From the NCBI GenBank assembly GCA_032128415.1, contig JAQBGW010000125.1, positions 15,871-79,870 on the forward strand: 64,000 nt of DNA, written 5' to 3'. Made by a program: the position numbers and the translations under genes. Each line of letters opens with the position of its first letter. Within the stretch, counting starts at the first letter, position 1. Positions 9,414 to 20,417 of the stretch are shown one piece after another. The notes under the pieces are model-generated. The model made no database searches. It worked only from the letters and a program-made list of their open reading frames with translations, and was not told where the DNA came from. This DNA is from Betaproteobacteria bacterium (GTDB taxonomy: Bacteria > Pseudomonadota > Gammaproteobacteria > Burkholderiales > SG8-41).

Positions 9414-9887
9414 CTAAAAACCCCAGGGTCCCGCGGGCAGTTGCACTTGCAGCAGCTTTACGAACAATATCCAGAAACCAGCCGTAGCCCCCAGCCCGAC
9501 GCAAAGCGCCGCGATGAACGAGCGCCGGTAAATCACCATCACCAGAAACAGCACCAGCAACAAGAAGCTGACGACGAAGCCAGCCGGTTCCAGTAGTGCA
9601 ATCGACACCGCGAGTCCGGTCCAGCCCAACAGCACGCGCCGGGTGCCTTTCCAGTTGATTTTCGCCACTGGCTGCTGGCGAAAGACGGCAAAGAGATGCC
9701 GGAGTACGACGACCGTCGCCAGCGCAATGATTGCCGATCCAATCCAAAGCGGGAAAAACCCCGGCCCAGGACCGTCTGGCGTCACATACACCCAGTCACG
9801 TGCCTGCTGCACGATCGACACACCCAGCGCAATCAACAGGCCAGCCGCAACCAACTCGCTCTTGTTCAGCGATTTCCAGAAATTCAT
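9414..9887 (-). CDS. tctB: TTT small permease subunit
   Basis: Four TM segments, GPGPGFFP, C-terminal LPAGPWGF. Start uncertain (9887 or 9938). Confidence 0.85.
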   Translation of the reverse strand: MNFWKSLNKSELVAAGLLIALGVSIVQQARDWVYVTPDGPGPGFFPLWIGSAIIALATVVVLRHLFAVFRQQPVAKINWKGTRRVLLGWTGLAVSIALLEPAGFVVSFLLLVLFLVMVIYRRSFIAALCVGLGATAGFWILFVKLLQVQLPAGPWGF

Positions 9888-10028
9888 TGTGGCTGCGACA
9901 CGCACCGTGTGCCTCTTCTTCCGTGATTTTGTCGCCAAGCCCGGATCAAGCCGAGTTTTAAGCTACACCTGCATTCCATAGCCGGCATGCCCAAAAGCCG
10001 TGCGTAAGAGACCGATTTTTCCGTAGCG

Positions 10029-10424
10029 CTAGACCGGCTTTGGATTTCTCTTGTAACGCCCAACTGGCACGATTTCCGCGGTGGTGCCGCCCGGCGCAAT
10101 GAATTTCACCGGTATCACACCGAGATCACTGACGATGGTGCAGCCGTATTTTTTGATTTCAGCGGCATATTTTTCGACATCATCGACTTCAATGGCGAAA
10201 TGATGGATGCATGGGCCTTCGCCGGATGCTTTGGACTCCGCCGACTGCGTGCCTTCGTCATACTTGATCAACGTAAAATCCAGATCGCCGTCGGTCAGAT
10301 GTCGCGACACATGATCGCGTGTTTTTTTGGTTACGACTTCCTTGAACCCGAAAACATTCTGGTAGAACTCTGTGGTCTTTTCCAGGTCTTCAACCTTTAA
10401 CGCCAAATGCACAATACGGTTCAT
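10029..10424 (-). CDS. VOC/glyoxalase family protein
   Basis: IVHLALKVEDLEKTTEFYQNVFG and IHHFAIEVDD motifs. Confidence 0.85.
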   Translation of the reverse strand: MNRIVHLALKVEDLEKTTEFYQNVFGFKEVVTKKTRDHVSRHLTDGDLDFTLIKYDEGTQSAESKASGEGPCIHHFAIEVDDVEKYAAEIKKYGCTIVSDLGVIPVKFIAPGGTTAEIVPVGRYKRNPKPV

Positions 10425-10454
10425 GGATACTCCCAATTTTATTTTTGCTCTGCG

Positions 10455-11159
10455 TCAGGAATCGATTTCATAACCAGCCGCCAGGAGATTCGGCCGAAAC
10501 TCAGCAGCAGTCAACCGACGCACGAACTCCCGGGCCAGTTCAGGTTGCGCCGCGTGGACGGCGACTCCTGCGGCATAAACGGTTTTGATCTGGAATTCAT
10601 CCGGCAGCGGCGCGACCAGCGTGACGCCTTTGTTGGGCAGAATTTCAGTGTTCTGGGTAATGCCCAGTTCCAGCACACCATTGCTGGCGGCCAGCCAGTT
10701 CATCGCTGCAAAACCATTCGGATAAAACTGCATGCGATCTTCAACCTGCGTGGCCACGCCCAGACGCTCCATCAGCTTCATCACAATCTTGCCGGCTGTC
10801 GCCGTTGCCGGGTCGGGACAGACAATAACCGACGCAGCAAGGATATTGCCGCGTAGCGCCTCACGGGTGCGCACTTCCGGCAGCGGCGTGCCCGCACGCA
10901 CCGCGACTCCGGTGCCGACCTTGCCGATATCGGTCACCGAAGACACGGCAACCATCCCGCCTGACACCAGATCCTGGATCAGTTGCGCACTGAGAATAAT
11001 CACGTCCACCGGCTCGCCGCCAACCATGCGCGCCTTCATGGCGCCTACCGCACCGAAAGCGGCTTCGACGTTGTGCCCGGTTTCGCGGATCAGCTCAGTA
11101 ATCGCCTGCCCGCACACGGCCTGGGCTGCCCCGGCGCTCAGCACGCGCAATATCGCCAT
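10455..11159 (-). CDS. ModA-like substrate-binding-domain protein without signal peptide
   Basis: LRVLSAGA, FGAVGAM, PDPATATAG and TQNTEI motifs of the SBP_bac_11/ModA-like family. GGAG RBS before MAILRV. Confidence 0.75.
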   Translation of the reverse strand: MAILRVLSAGAAQAVCGQAITELIRETGHNVEAAFGAVGAMKARMVGGEPVDVIILSAQLIQDLVSGGMVAVSSVTDIGKVGTGVAVRAGTPLPEVRTREALRGNILAASVIVCPDPATATAGKIVMKLMERLGVATQVEDRMQFYPNGFAAMNWLAASNGVLELGITQNTEILPNKGVTLVAPLPDEFQIKTVYAAGVAVHAAQPELAREFVRRLTAAEFRPNLLAAGYEIDS

Positions 11160-11277
11160 GTCCCTCTCCCCTCCGGAATTGGATAAACGCCCGATGTTAC
11201 CAGCAACACCCGGCGAACTCCTACCCCTGCACTGCTCCGCCTTGCCCGAAAAGCGGGCTAGGCATACTGTCCACGCC

Positions 11278-11601
11278 ATGAAACGCGTTCATAACGCCCG
11301 GCATATGACGGAAGCGCATCTGATCCGGGGATTCCTGCAATCGCACGGCATCGAAACCATCGTCAGAGGGGACTTTCTGACCGGCGGCTGGGGCGAGCTG
11401 CCGGTGGACGTCTGCGCGGTCTGGGTCACTGACGACGCGCGCTTTGCAGAGGCCGACCAACTGGTGCAGGATTTCCTGAAAGGCGCGCTGGCGCGCATCC
11501 ACGGCGGCAATGCCTGGGTATGCACTCATTGCGGCGAACACATCGAGGGGCAGTTCACTGCCTGTTGGCAATGCGGCGCGCAAGGTCCTGTGCCTGCCTG
11601 A
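11278..11601 (+). CDS. DUF2007-type putative signal-transducing protein with C-terminal zinc ribbon
   Basis: EAHLIRGFLQSHGI...GELP and WVCTHCGEHIEGQFTACWQCG (CxxC...CxxC). Confidence 0.8.
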   Translation: MKRVHNARHMTEAHLIRGFLQSHGIETIVRGDFLTGGWGELPVDVCAVWVTDDARFAEADQLVQDFLKGALARIHGGNAWVCTHCGEHIEGQFTACWQCGAQGPVPA

Positions 11602-11713
11602 TCAGATCAATAGAATCAGCGTAATTTTTCAACGGCTTACCGCGCCCGCTACGAGAGTGAATGGGGCAACGTGAGTTATTTTAAAAGTTACACTGACCCT
11701 GTTTATTCCAAAA

Positions 11714-12880
11714 TCAGCTGGCGACTTCGCGCATCACTTTATACAACGCCGCCTTCGCCTCGAAACCGACGCCCGGCACCTGCGGCAAACCGACATACCC
11801 GTTGACCACCGGCGTGCCGTCGGCGAATCCACCGAACGGCTGAAACACATCGGGATAGGATTCGTTGCCGCCCAGCCCGAGGCCGGCGGCAATGTTGAGC
11901 GACATCTGATGCCCGCCGTGCGGAATGCAGCGCCGCGACGACCAGCCGTTTTGCTCCAGCATCTGCAGTGTGCGCAGATATTCCACCAGTCCGTAGGACA
12001 GCGCACAGTCAAACTGCAGCCAGTCACGGTCCGGGCGCATGCCGCCATAGCGGATCAGGTTGCGCGCATCCTGCATGGAAAACAGGTTTTCACCGGTGGC
12101 CATCGGTTTTGAATAATGATTGGCCAGCTCAGCCTGCAACGCGTAATCCAGCGGGTCCCCCGCCTCCTCGTACCAATAAAGACCGTAGGGTTCCAGCGCT
12201 TTGGCATACTCGACCGCAGTTTTCAGATCAAAGCGGCCATTGGCGTCCACCGCCACGCACTCCGCCTTGCCCGTCACCTGAATCACCGCTTCGATGCGCC
12301 GCAGATCGTCGGCCAGCGATACACCGCCGATTTTCATCTTGACCACGGTGTAACCGAGATCCAGATATTTCTGCATCTCGCTGCGCAGTGCGTCGAGATT
12401 CTTGCCGGGGTAGTAATAACCGCCCGCGGCATACACAAATACTTTCTCATCCGCTTTGCCGTTGCGGTAACGATCAGCCAGCAATCGGTATAACGGCTTG
12501 CCCTCGATTTTAGCCACCGCGTCCCACACCGCCATGTCGATGACGCCGACGGCCACTGAACGCTCACCGTGGCCGCCGGGTTTTTCATTGGCCATCGCGC
12601 AGGACCACACCTTGTGCGGATCGAGATTACTGCCGTCGTCACTGACCAGCGTCGCCGGATCGGCCGCCAGCACTCGTGGAATAAAACGCTCAGCCAGCAA
12701 ACCGGCCTGCGCGTAGCGGCCATTGGAATTAAAGCCATAACCGATCACCGGCTTGCCATCACGCTGCACGTCGGTAACGACGGCCACCACGCTCGCTGTC
12801 ATTTTCGAAAAATCGATGTAGGCGTTGCGGATTGCGGAGGCCAGCGGGATGGCTCTGGAGTGTATGGCGGTGATTTTCAT
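11714..12880 (-). CDS. tarD: D-tartrate dehydratase (mandelate racemase subgroup, enolase superfamily)
   Basis: IRNAYIDF, GYGFNSNGRY, NEKPGGHGERSVAVG, KMKIGG, DCALSYG and PHGGH motifs, matching the characterised Bradyrhizobium TarD family as I recall it. Confidence 0.82.
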   Translation of the reverse strand: MKITAIHSRAIPLASAIRNAYIDFSKMTASVVAVVTDVQRDGKPVIGYGFNSNGRYAQAGLLAERFIPRVLAADPATLVSDDGSNLDPHKVWSCAMANEKPGGHGERSVAVGVIDMAVWDAVAKIEGKPLYRLLADRYRNGKADEKVFVYAAGGYYYPGKNLDALRSEMQKYLDLGYTVVKMKIGGVSLADDLRRIEAVIQVTGKAECVAVDANGRFDLKTAVEYAKALEPYGLYWYEEAGDPLDYALQAELANHYSKPMATGENLFSMQDARNLIRYGGMRPDRDWLQFDCALSYGLVEYLRTLQMLEQNGWSSRRCIPHGGHQMSLNIAAGLGLGGNESYPDVFQPFGGFADGTPVVNGYVGLPQVPGVGFEAKAALYKVMREVAS

Positions 12881-12921
12881 AATAAACTTTGTGTTTTAAA
12901 ACAATGAGTTACATTTATTTT

Positions 12922-13695
12922 CTAAAGCTCATTCGCCACTACTGCATTGGGATTATCCGTGGCAATCCGCCCGTCCACCAGATTGACAATACGGTCACAA
13001 CGCGCCGCCAGCCGCGGATCGTGGGTAACGATCAGCAGCGCCGTGCCCCGCTCACGGTTGAAGCGGCGCAGCATTTCAAAAATACTGTCGCTGGTCTGCG
13101 TATCCAGATTACCCGTGGGTTCATCCGCCAGCACCAGTTGCGGCGAGCGCACCAGCGCACGCGCAATCGCCACACGCTGTTGCATGCCGCCCGACAGTTC
13201 CCCCGGTTTCTTGTCGTATGCCTCGTGCAAGCCCACCGCATCCAGCAATGCCGCAGCACGCGCACGCATGTCGATGGCCCCCTGCGCGCGTCCCTGACCC
13301 TTATTTTCAGACTTATTTTCAGACTTACCGCCGAACCGATGACCTATCAATCCCGGCAACATTACATTCTCCAGCGCTGTGAAAGCCGGTAGCAGATGGT
13401 GAAACTGGAATATAAAACCCAGATCCGCGTGTCGAGAATGGGTGCGCTCATCATCATTGAAACCCGTCACATCGCGACCGGCCAGGTGGTAACTGCCGCC
13501 CGAACCGCCTTCGAGCAGGCCGATGATATTGAGCAATGTGCTTTTGCCTGAACCCGAAGGCCCGATCAGCGCTGTGAATTCGCCCGGCTGTATGGTCAGG
13601 TCGATGCCGTGCAGGACTTCTTCGGCATTGGGCAGTCCCGCATTGTAGGTTTTGCGCAATCCCTGCAGATGCACCAATGGTCCACTCGTCGTCAC
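12922..13695 (-). CDS. ABC transporter ATP-binding protein (LolD/MacB-like)
   Basis: GPSGSGKS, LSGGMQQRV, LADEPTGNLD and VTHD motifs. Confidence 0.93.
   Translation of the reverse strand: MTTSGPLVHLQGLRKTYNAGLPNAEEVLHGIDLTIQPGEFTALIGPSGSGKSTLLNIIGLLEGGSGGSYHLAGRDVTGFNDDERTHSRHADLGFIFQFHHLLPAFTALENVMLPGLIGHRFGGKSENKSENKGQGRAQGAIDMRARAAALLDAVGLHEAYDKKPGELSGGMQQRVAIARALVRSPQLVLADEPTGNLDTQTSDSIFEMLRRFNRERGTALLIVTHDPRLAARCDRIVNLVDGRIATDNPNAVVANEL
13300..13327. repeat. In-frame 12-bp tandem duplication (KSENKSENK) inside the ABC ATPase
   Basis: CTTATTTTCAGA x2 plus CTTA. Confidence 0.8.
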
Positions 13696-13701
13696 TGCTC
13701 A

Positions 13702-14928
<1,227 letters not shown>

Positions 14929-14988
14929 GGTTGGGTTGCGTCAATATCCAACGCAGTCATGGCTGGGACAGCCCGATTTCAATTGCGG

Positions 14989-16176
14989 TCATTTCCGATC
15001 CTGTACTCTGGCGCCGGCTTCGACATCACGGTTGAGGATCACGTGCTCACCGGCCTTCAAACCGTCGGCGATCGCCACGCGACCTTGCGTCTGCAGGCCC
15101 GCACGCACCGGCACCTTCACTGCCACGCCATCGCGTTCCACCAGCACCCAGGGCTTGTCGGTCTGTAACTGACGCACGCCATCGGCAGGCAACATCATTG
15201 CCTGCTTCAACAGCGGACCCTGCAAATCAATCGATATGGTCATATCGGATTTGAGCAAGGCCGGCGGTTTGGCCACATCGAAGCGCAGTTCAACAGTGCC
15301 GCGTGCAGCGTCGATGCCTGGCGAGATGTAATTCACCACGGCCTCAAAACGCTCGGCAGGAAACGCATCGGCTGCCGCCGTCGCCACCGCGCCCGTTTTG
15401 ATCAAAGGCAGATTTTTTTCATCAACCTGCACGATCAACCGTACCGGTCCGTCGAGCGCGAGACTCATCATGCGCCGCGCAGCTTGTGCAATGTCGCCGG
15501 GCTCGATCACCCGCTCCAGCACCACTCCCGCCGCGGGCGCGCGGATCTGCGTCTGCGCCAATTTTGCATTGGCCAATGCCAGCGCAGCCTCGGCCTCAGC
15601 CAGAGCGCTCTGCGCCTGTTGCGCTTCAGCACCGGACACCGACTGCGCCCCGGGTTGGGCCCGCGCGCCGGCCAGCTGGCTGCGGGCGACATCGAGTTGC
15701 CGGTCGGCCTCATCGACCCGCGACTGACTGACAAATCCCTGCGCCACCAGATCACGCGCGCGCTTTGCCTCGTGTTCGGCGACCTCCAGATTGGCTGCAG
15801 CCTGTTGCTGCGCAGCCTGTGCCGTCGGCAATGCCAGCGTCTGCACTGATGAAACTCTTGCCTGTGCCCGCGCCACCGCGGCGCGCGCCTGCGCTGCCGC
15901 AGCGGCGAGTTCCCCGCGTTCGAGCTCAACCAGAATCTGATCGGCCACGATGCGCGCACCCTCGCGCACCAGTACTTTTTCGACGCGGGCTGTAATCGTG
16001 GCACCGATATCCACCCGTGCCGGCGGCAGCACACGACCACTGGCGACTACGCTGGTCTGCACATCGGCAGCGGTTACCGTCACCAAATCCACCGCAACGG
16101 GCTTGGTCCGATTGGCGAACAGGATCGCGGCAGCAGCCACGATAACAATTGCGGCAATCAGCAGAATACGGCGCAT
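14989..16176 (-). CDS. Efflux periplasmic adaptor subunit (MacA/HlyD-like)
   Basis: N-terminal anchor MRRILL, lipoyl halves (VLVREGARI; IRAPAAGVV), Ala-rich coiled coil. Confidence 0.88.
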   Translation of the reverse strand: MRRILLIAAIVIVAAAAILFANRTKPVAVDLVTVTAADVQTSVVASGRVLPPARVDIGATITARVEKVLVREGARIVADQILVELERGELAAAAAQARAAVARAQARVSSVQTLALPTAQAAQQQAAANLEVAEHEAKRARDLVAQGFVSQSRVDEADRQLDVARSQLAGARAQPGAQSVSGAEAQQAQSALAEAEAALALANAKLAQTQIRAPAAGVVLERVIEPGDIAQAARRMMSLALDGPVRLIVQVDEKNLPLIKTGAVATAAADAFPAERFEAVVNYISPGIDAARGTVELRFDVAKPPALLKSDMTISIDLQGPLLKQAMMLPADGVRQLQTDKPWVLVERDGVAVKVPVRAGLQTQGRVAIADGLKAGEHVILNRDVEAGARVQDRK

Positions 16177-16220
16177 GCGTGTACCGCGAAAGACATTAAA
16201 ACCACCTGACAAATTAAAAT

Positions 16221-16303
16221 TCCTCTCCCAAATTTCATCCCCTCTCTCCCGTATGCGAGGAGACAAGGGCACACTTGAAGCGAAGCAGGGTTAGGGTGAG
16301 GGA
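16221..16303. repeat. Degenerate REP-like extragenic element (CCCCTCTCTCCC...GAGGAGA...GGGTTAGGGTGAGGG)
   Basis: Pyrimidine tract followed by complementary purine tract, in the divergent intergenic region. Confidence 0.4.
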
Positions 16304-16479
16304 ACGTGAATCGAACATACTGTCACGCGCTTCAGGTGACAAGCATTTGCATGACGAACTCCGGTAGAACCGCTATTTTAAAGGAAACCTTGTGGCTCCC
16401 TGCTTAGAAATCCGGCGCATCAGGCCCAATGTTAAACTTCCAGTCAGTAATCGTATTGGGCAATACCAAGGAGAACGTC

Positions 16480-16686
16480 ATGAAAATATTAGTGATCGCT
16501 GTTCAGGTTGTCCTGCTCGCCGGCTGTGGCGTCGAAGTTGCGACGACAGCCGCCACCAGCGCGGCCATCAAGAAACAGGAAATTGAAGCCGGGAAACAAA
16601 CCAAGGAAATGATGGAGAAGAAAATCGATCAGGCGACCCAGGCCATGCAGCAGCGTGCCGAGCAGCAGGGCAAGGTGGACAAGTAA
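16480..16686 (+). CDS. Small lipoprotein, function unknown
   Basis: AGGAG RBS, lipobox LLAG-C, helical Lys/Gln-rich mature part. Confidence 0.75.
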   Translation: MKILVIAVQVVLLAGCGVEVATTAATSAAIKKQEIEAGKQTKEMMEKKIDQATQAMQQRAEQQGKVDK

Positions 16687-16737
16687 ATCGGGGCGGGCGA
16701 AGACAAGTGTCACTGGGGATTGACCCGTCGCCGATCC

Positions 16738-17919
16738 TCAAATAGCTCCCGCTATTTTCAACGCCTGAATTTCGGCGTTTCCGTAACCCAATCCCAGCAA
16801 TATGGATTCGGTGTGCTCTCCCACCGCCGGCACCGGATCCATGCGCGGCTCGACATCGGTAAATGAAGCTGCAGGCAGCAGCGCGGGGATAACGCCCGCC
16901 GGCGTATCCACTTCACGCCAGCGTTGACGCGCCGCGAGTTGCGGATGATTCCACACCTCGTCCGGCATATTAAGCCGGGCATTGGCGATGTCGGCGGCGT
17001 CGAGTTTGGCGATCACTTCCGCTGCGGTCCACGACGCGAATGTTTTTTCTATCAGCGCAATAACCTCGGCGCGTGCCGCATTGCGCTTGGTATTGTTGTC
17101 GTAGCGTGAATCGTTCGCCAGTTGCGGCTGGCCCAGCACCTGGGCACAGAAGCTCGCCCATTCGCGTTCGTTCTGGATGCCGAACATGACATCGCCATCT
17201 TTCGCACGAAAGCGGCCATAGGGCACGATGGTGGCGTGGTCGGGACCGCTGCGCTGCGGGGTCTTGCCGGAGAAATGCGTGTAATACAGCGGATGCCCCA
17301 TCCACTCGGCCATGGTTTCAAACATGCTCAGGTCGATGCGCGTGCCCTCGCCCGTGCGCTCGCGGTTGTAGAGCGCGCCGAGAATGGCGGCATAGGCATG
17401 CAACCCGGTGCCGATGTCGGTAATGGAAATGCCGACCTTGGCCGGTGACTCCGGCGTACCAGTCAGCGACAGCACCCCCGCTTCGCTCTGCACCAGCAGG
17501 TCGTAAGCTTTCTTTTTCGCGTAAGGACCAGTATCGCCATAACCCGAAATGTCGCATACGATCAGCCGCGGATGTCTGGCGCGCAGCGTATCGGCGCCCA
17601 GGCCCAGGCGCTTGGCTGCGCCCGGCGCGAGGTTCTGGATGAACACGTCGGCGCCGGCGATCAGCTTGCCGAGGATTTCTCCAGCCTTGGGGTGCTTGAC
17701 GTCCAGCGTCAGGCTTTCCTTGGAGCGATTCAGCCAGACGAAGTACGCCGATAGGCCTTTGACGGTCTGGTCGTAGTCACGAGCGAAATCGCCGACTTTC
17801 GGCCGCTCGATCTTGATAACGCGAGCGCCGAGGTCGGCAAGCTGGCGCGAGCAGAACGGCGCGGCAACGGCCTGTTCGAGGGAAACGACGGTGATGCCTG
17901 CCAGCGGGAGTGCGGCCAT
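16738..17919 (-). CDS. Family III (CaiB/BaiF) CoA-transferase, itaconate/C5-dicarboxylate CoA-transferase-like
   Basis: SLEQAVAAPFC, LADLGARVIKIE, NRSKES and KAYDLLVQ motifs. Overlaps the upstream ACAD stop. Confidence 0.88.
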   Translation of the reverse strand: MAALPLAGITVVSLEQAVAAPFCSRQLADLGARVIKIERPKVGDFARDYDQTVKGLSAYFVWLNRSKESLTLDVKHPKAGEILGKLIAGADVFIQNLAPGAAKRLGLGADTLRARHPRLIVCDISGYGDTGPYAKKKAYDLLVQSEAGVLSLTGTPESPAKVGISITDIGTGLHAYAAILGALYNRERTGEGTRIDLSMFETMAEWMGHPLYYTHFSGKTPQRSGPDHATIVPYGRFRAKDGDVMFGIQNEREWASFCAQVLGQPQLANDSRYDNNTKRNAARAEVIALIEKTFASWTAAEVIAKLDAADIANARLNMPDEVWNHPQLAARQRWREVDTPAGVIPALLPAASFTDVEPRMDPVPAVGEHTESILLGLGYGNAEIQALKIAGAI

Positions 17920-19094
17920 CAGAAACTGCGGGGCATACCCAGAATGTGCTCCCCGACATAAGACAGAATCAAGTTGGTCGAGATCGGCGCCACTTGATAC
18001 AGCCGCGTCTCACGGAATTTGCGCTCAATATCGTATTCGGCGGCGAACCCGAAACCGCCGTGGGTCTGCAGGCAGGCGTTGGCCGCCTCCCATGACGCAT
18101 CGGCCGCCAGCAGCTTGGCCATATTGGCTTCGGCGCCGCAGGGCTGGTTGGCATCGAACAGCGCCGCTGCCTTGTAGCGCATCAGGTTCGCCGCTTCGAC
18201 ATTGACGTAGCTGCGCGCAATCGGAAACTGCACGCCCTGGTTCTGGCCGATGGGCCGGTCGAACACCACGCGGTCTTTCGCGTAATTGGTCGCACGCTCG
18301 ACGAACCAGTAACCGTCACCGATGCATTCCGCGGCAATCAGGATGCGCTCGGCGTTGAGGCCGTCGAGGATGTATTTGAAACCGCGCCCTTCCTCGCCGA
18401 TCAGATTTTCGGCAGGAATTTCGAGATTGTCGAAAAACAACTCATTGGTCTCATGGTTGACCATGTTGCGGATCGGTTTGACAGTCATGCCCTTTTTCAG
18501 CGCATCGCGCAGATCGACGATGAAGATCGACATGCCTTCGGATTTTTTCTTGACCTCCGCCAGCGGCGTGGTACGCGCGAGCAGGATCATCAACTCGGAA
18601 TGCTGGACGCGCGAGATCCATACTTTCTGACCGTTGACGACGTAGCAATCGCCCTTCTTGACCGCGACAGTCTTGATTTTAGTGGTATCGGTGCCGGCGC
18701 CAGGTTCGGTGACGCCCATCGACTGCAGCCGCAGTTCGCCGGTAGCGATTTTCGGCAGATATTTTTTCTTTTGCGCTTCAGAACCGTGGCGCAGCAGCGT
18801 GCCCATGTTGTACATCTGGCCGTGGCAGGCGCCGGAATTGCCGCCGGAACGGTTGATTTCTTCCATGATGATCGACGCCTCGGTCAGCGTCAGCCCGGAA
18901 CCGCCGTATTCCTCCGGGATCAGCGCCGACAGCCAGCCGGCCTCGGTCAGTGCGCTGACAAAGGCGTCAGGGTAGCCGCGGGCCTCGTCAATTTGCTGCC
19001 AATAGGCGTTGTCGAACTGGTTACACACGGCACGCACGCCTTCGCGCAGGTCGATATGGCTGTTCTGGTCGGGTATGGACCGCATGGAATTCAC
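17919..19094 (-). CDS. Acyl-CoA dehydrogenase
   Basis: VTEPGAGTDT, NGQKVWIS, LNAERI, HGGFGFAAEY and RLYQVAPISTN motifs. Confidence 0.92.
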   Translation of the reverse strand: MNSMRSIPDQNSHIDLREGVRAVCNQFDNAYWQQIDEARGYPDAFVSALTEAGWLSALIPEEYGGSGLTLTEASIIMEEINRSGGNSGACHGQMYNMGTLLRHGSEAQKKKYLPKIATGELRLQSMGVTEPGAGTDTTKIKTVAVKKGDCYVVNGQKVWISRVQHSELMILLARTTPLAEVKKKSEGMSIFIVDLRDALKKGMTVKPIRNMVNHETNELFFDNLEIPAENLIGEEGRGFKYILDGLNAERILIAAECIGDGYWFVERATNYAKDRVVFDRPIGQNQGVQFPIARSYVNVEAANLMRYKAAALFDANQPCGAEANMAKLLAADASWEAANACLQTHGGFGFAAEYDIERKFRETRLYQVAPISTNLILSYVGEHILGMPRSF

Positions 19095-19209
19095 AGTATG
19101 AAAATTCAGGAGAGGCGCCGATTATAAACGACCCCTCTCAACGGCCATGAAGATTGGAGCGCCCGCCTAAAACGTCTACACTGCCCGTTCCCGCAAGAAA
19201 GGAGTTCCG

Positions 19210-19746
19210 TTGAAAACCGACCAGCAAAGCCGCGCCACCGTGTGGCCGGACCAGATTTTTGAGGTGCTGAAAAACACCGGCGTCACCCAGGTCGCCTATG
19301 TGCCGGATGCCGGTCACGCCAAGCTGATCAACCGCTGCCACGCCGAGAAATCCATGCGCACCGTCGTGCTGACCACCGAGGAAGAAGGTGTCGCGATGAT
19401 GGCCGGTGCGTGGCTGGGGGGAGCCCGCGGCGTACTGTTGTTGCAATCGAGCGGTGTCGGCAACTGCATCAATATGCTGTCGATGTTCCAGGAATGCCGG
19501 TTGCCGCTGCTGATGCTGGTCACCATGCGCGGCGTCTGGGGTGAATTCAACCCGTGGCAGGTGCCGATGGGCGGCAGCACTTCCGCCGCGCTGGAGAATG
19601 CCGGCGTCATCGTGCATACCGTGGATCGCGCAGAAGAGATTCAGGAAACCGTCAATGCCTCCGCGCTCCTGGCTTTTCAGACCTACCGTCCGGTGGCCGT
19701 GCTGATCCAGCAACGCGTCATCGGCTTCAAGAACTGGAGCAAATGA
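19210..19746 (+). CDS. TPP-dependent decarboxylase alpha subunit (sulfopyruvate/phosphonopyruvate decarboxylase, ComD-like)
   Basis: YVPDAG, TTEEEGV, QSSGVGN and MRG..GEFNPWQ motifs. AGGAG RBS before TTG. Confidence 0.85.
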   Translation: MKTDQQSRATVWPDQIFEVLKNTGVTQVAYVPDAGHAKLINRCHAEKSMRTVVLTTEEEGVAMMAGAWLGGARGVLLLQSSGVGNCINMLSMFQECRLPLLMLVTMRGVWGEFNPWQVPMGGSTSAALENAGVIVHTVDRAEEIQETVNASALLAFQTYRPVAVLIQQRVIGFKNWSK

Positions 19747-19749
19747 AGC

Positions 19750-19776
19750 GGTGATTGGGTGATTGGTGATTGGTGA
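19750..19776. repeat. Short tandem repeat (GGTGATT ~3.5 copies) between the decarboxylase subunit genes
   Basis: ggtgattgggtgattggtgattggtga. Confidence 0.6.
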
Positions 19777-19800
19777 AAATTATGACTTTTCGGATATGAC

Positions 19801-20403
19801 ATGACAAACAATCAGAAAAAAACTGCACTCGACCGCCGCACAGTGGTGGCCGCGCTCGTCAAGGATCGCGGGGATGCGCTGGTCGTCACCGGCCTCGGTT
19901 CATCGACCTATGACGCGTATGCTGTCGGTGACCATCCGCTGAATTTCTATTTATGGGGCGGCATGGGTGGCGCAGCCATGGTCGGTCTCGGCCTGGCCCT
20001 GGCACAACCCAAACGCCGCGTGCTGGTCATCACCGGTGACGGCGAAATGCTGATGGGTCTGGGTGCGCTGGCCACCATCGCAGTTGAAGCACCAAAAAAT
20101 CTCGCCATCGCCGTCGTCGACAACGGTCACTATGGTGAAACCGGCATGCAGCGCGCACACACCGGACGCGGCGTCGATATCACCGGCATGGCCAAAGCAG
20201 CGGGATTCCGTTCGGCAACGACCATACGGACAGCGGCCGCACTGAAAATATGGCTGACGACATTTCATCGCAAATCCGGCCCGGTATTCGGTGACATCAA
20301 AGTCGCCGCTGTGCCCGCACCGATGGCGTTACCGGTACGCGATGGTACGGCGATCAAGTATCGTTTTCGTGAAGCCTTGCTTGGTCCAGCAGCATTTAAA
20401 TAA
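19801..20403 (+). CDS. TPP-dependent decarboxylase beta subunit (ComE-like)
   Basis: NFYLWGGMG and TPP motif GDGEMLMG...DNGHYGETGMQ. Confidence 0.85.
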   Translation: MTNNQKKTALDRRTVVAALVKDRGDALVVTGLGSSTYDAYAVGDHPLNFYLWGGMGGAAMVGLGLALAQPKRRVLVITGDGEMLMGLGALATIAVEAPKNLAIAVVDNGHYGETGMQRAHTGRGVDITGMAKAAGFRSATTIRTAAALKIWLTTFHRKSGPVFGDIKVAAVPAPMALPVRDGTAIKYRFREALLGPAAFK

Positions 20404-20417
20404 GTCAATAAAATCAT

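Noticed and set aside
9406-9747. 114-aa N-terminal extension of TctA in the ORF track
   Set aside because: It overlaps tctB in another frame. TctA homology begins at MEILSNL (9405).
10732-11277. N-terminal part of the 289-aa ORF
   Set aside because: Antisense to the ModA-like gene. Only the portion from ATG 11278 looks like a real protein.
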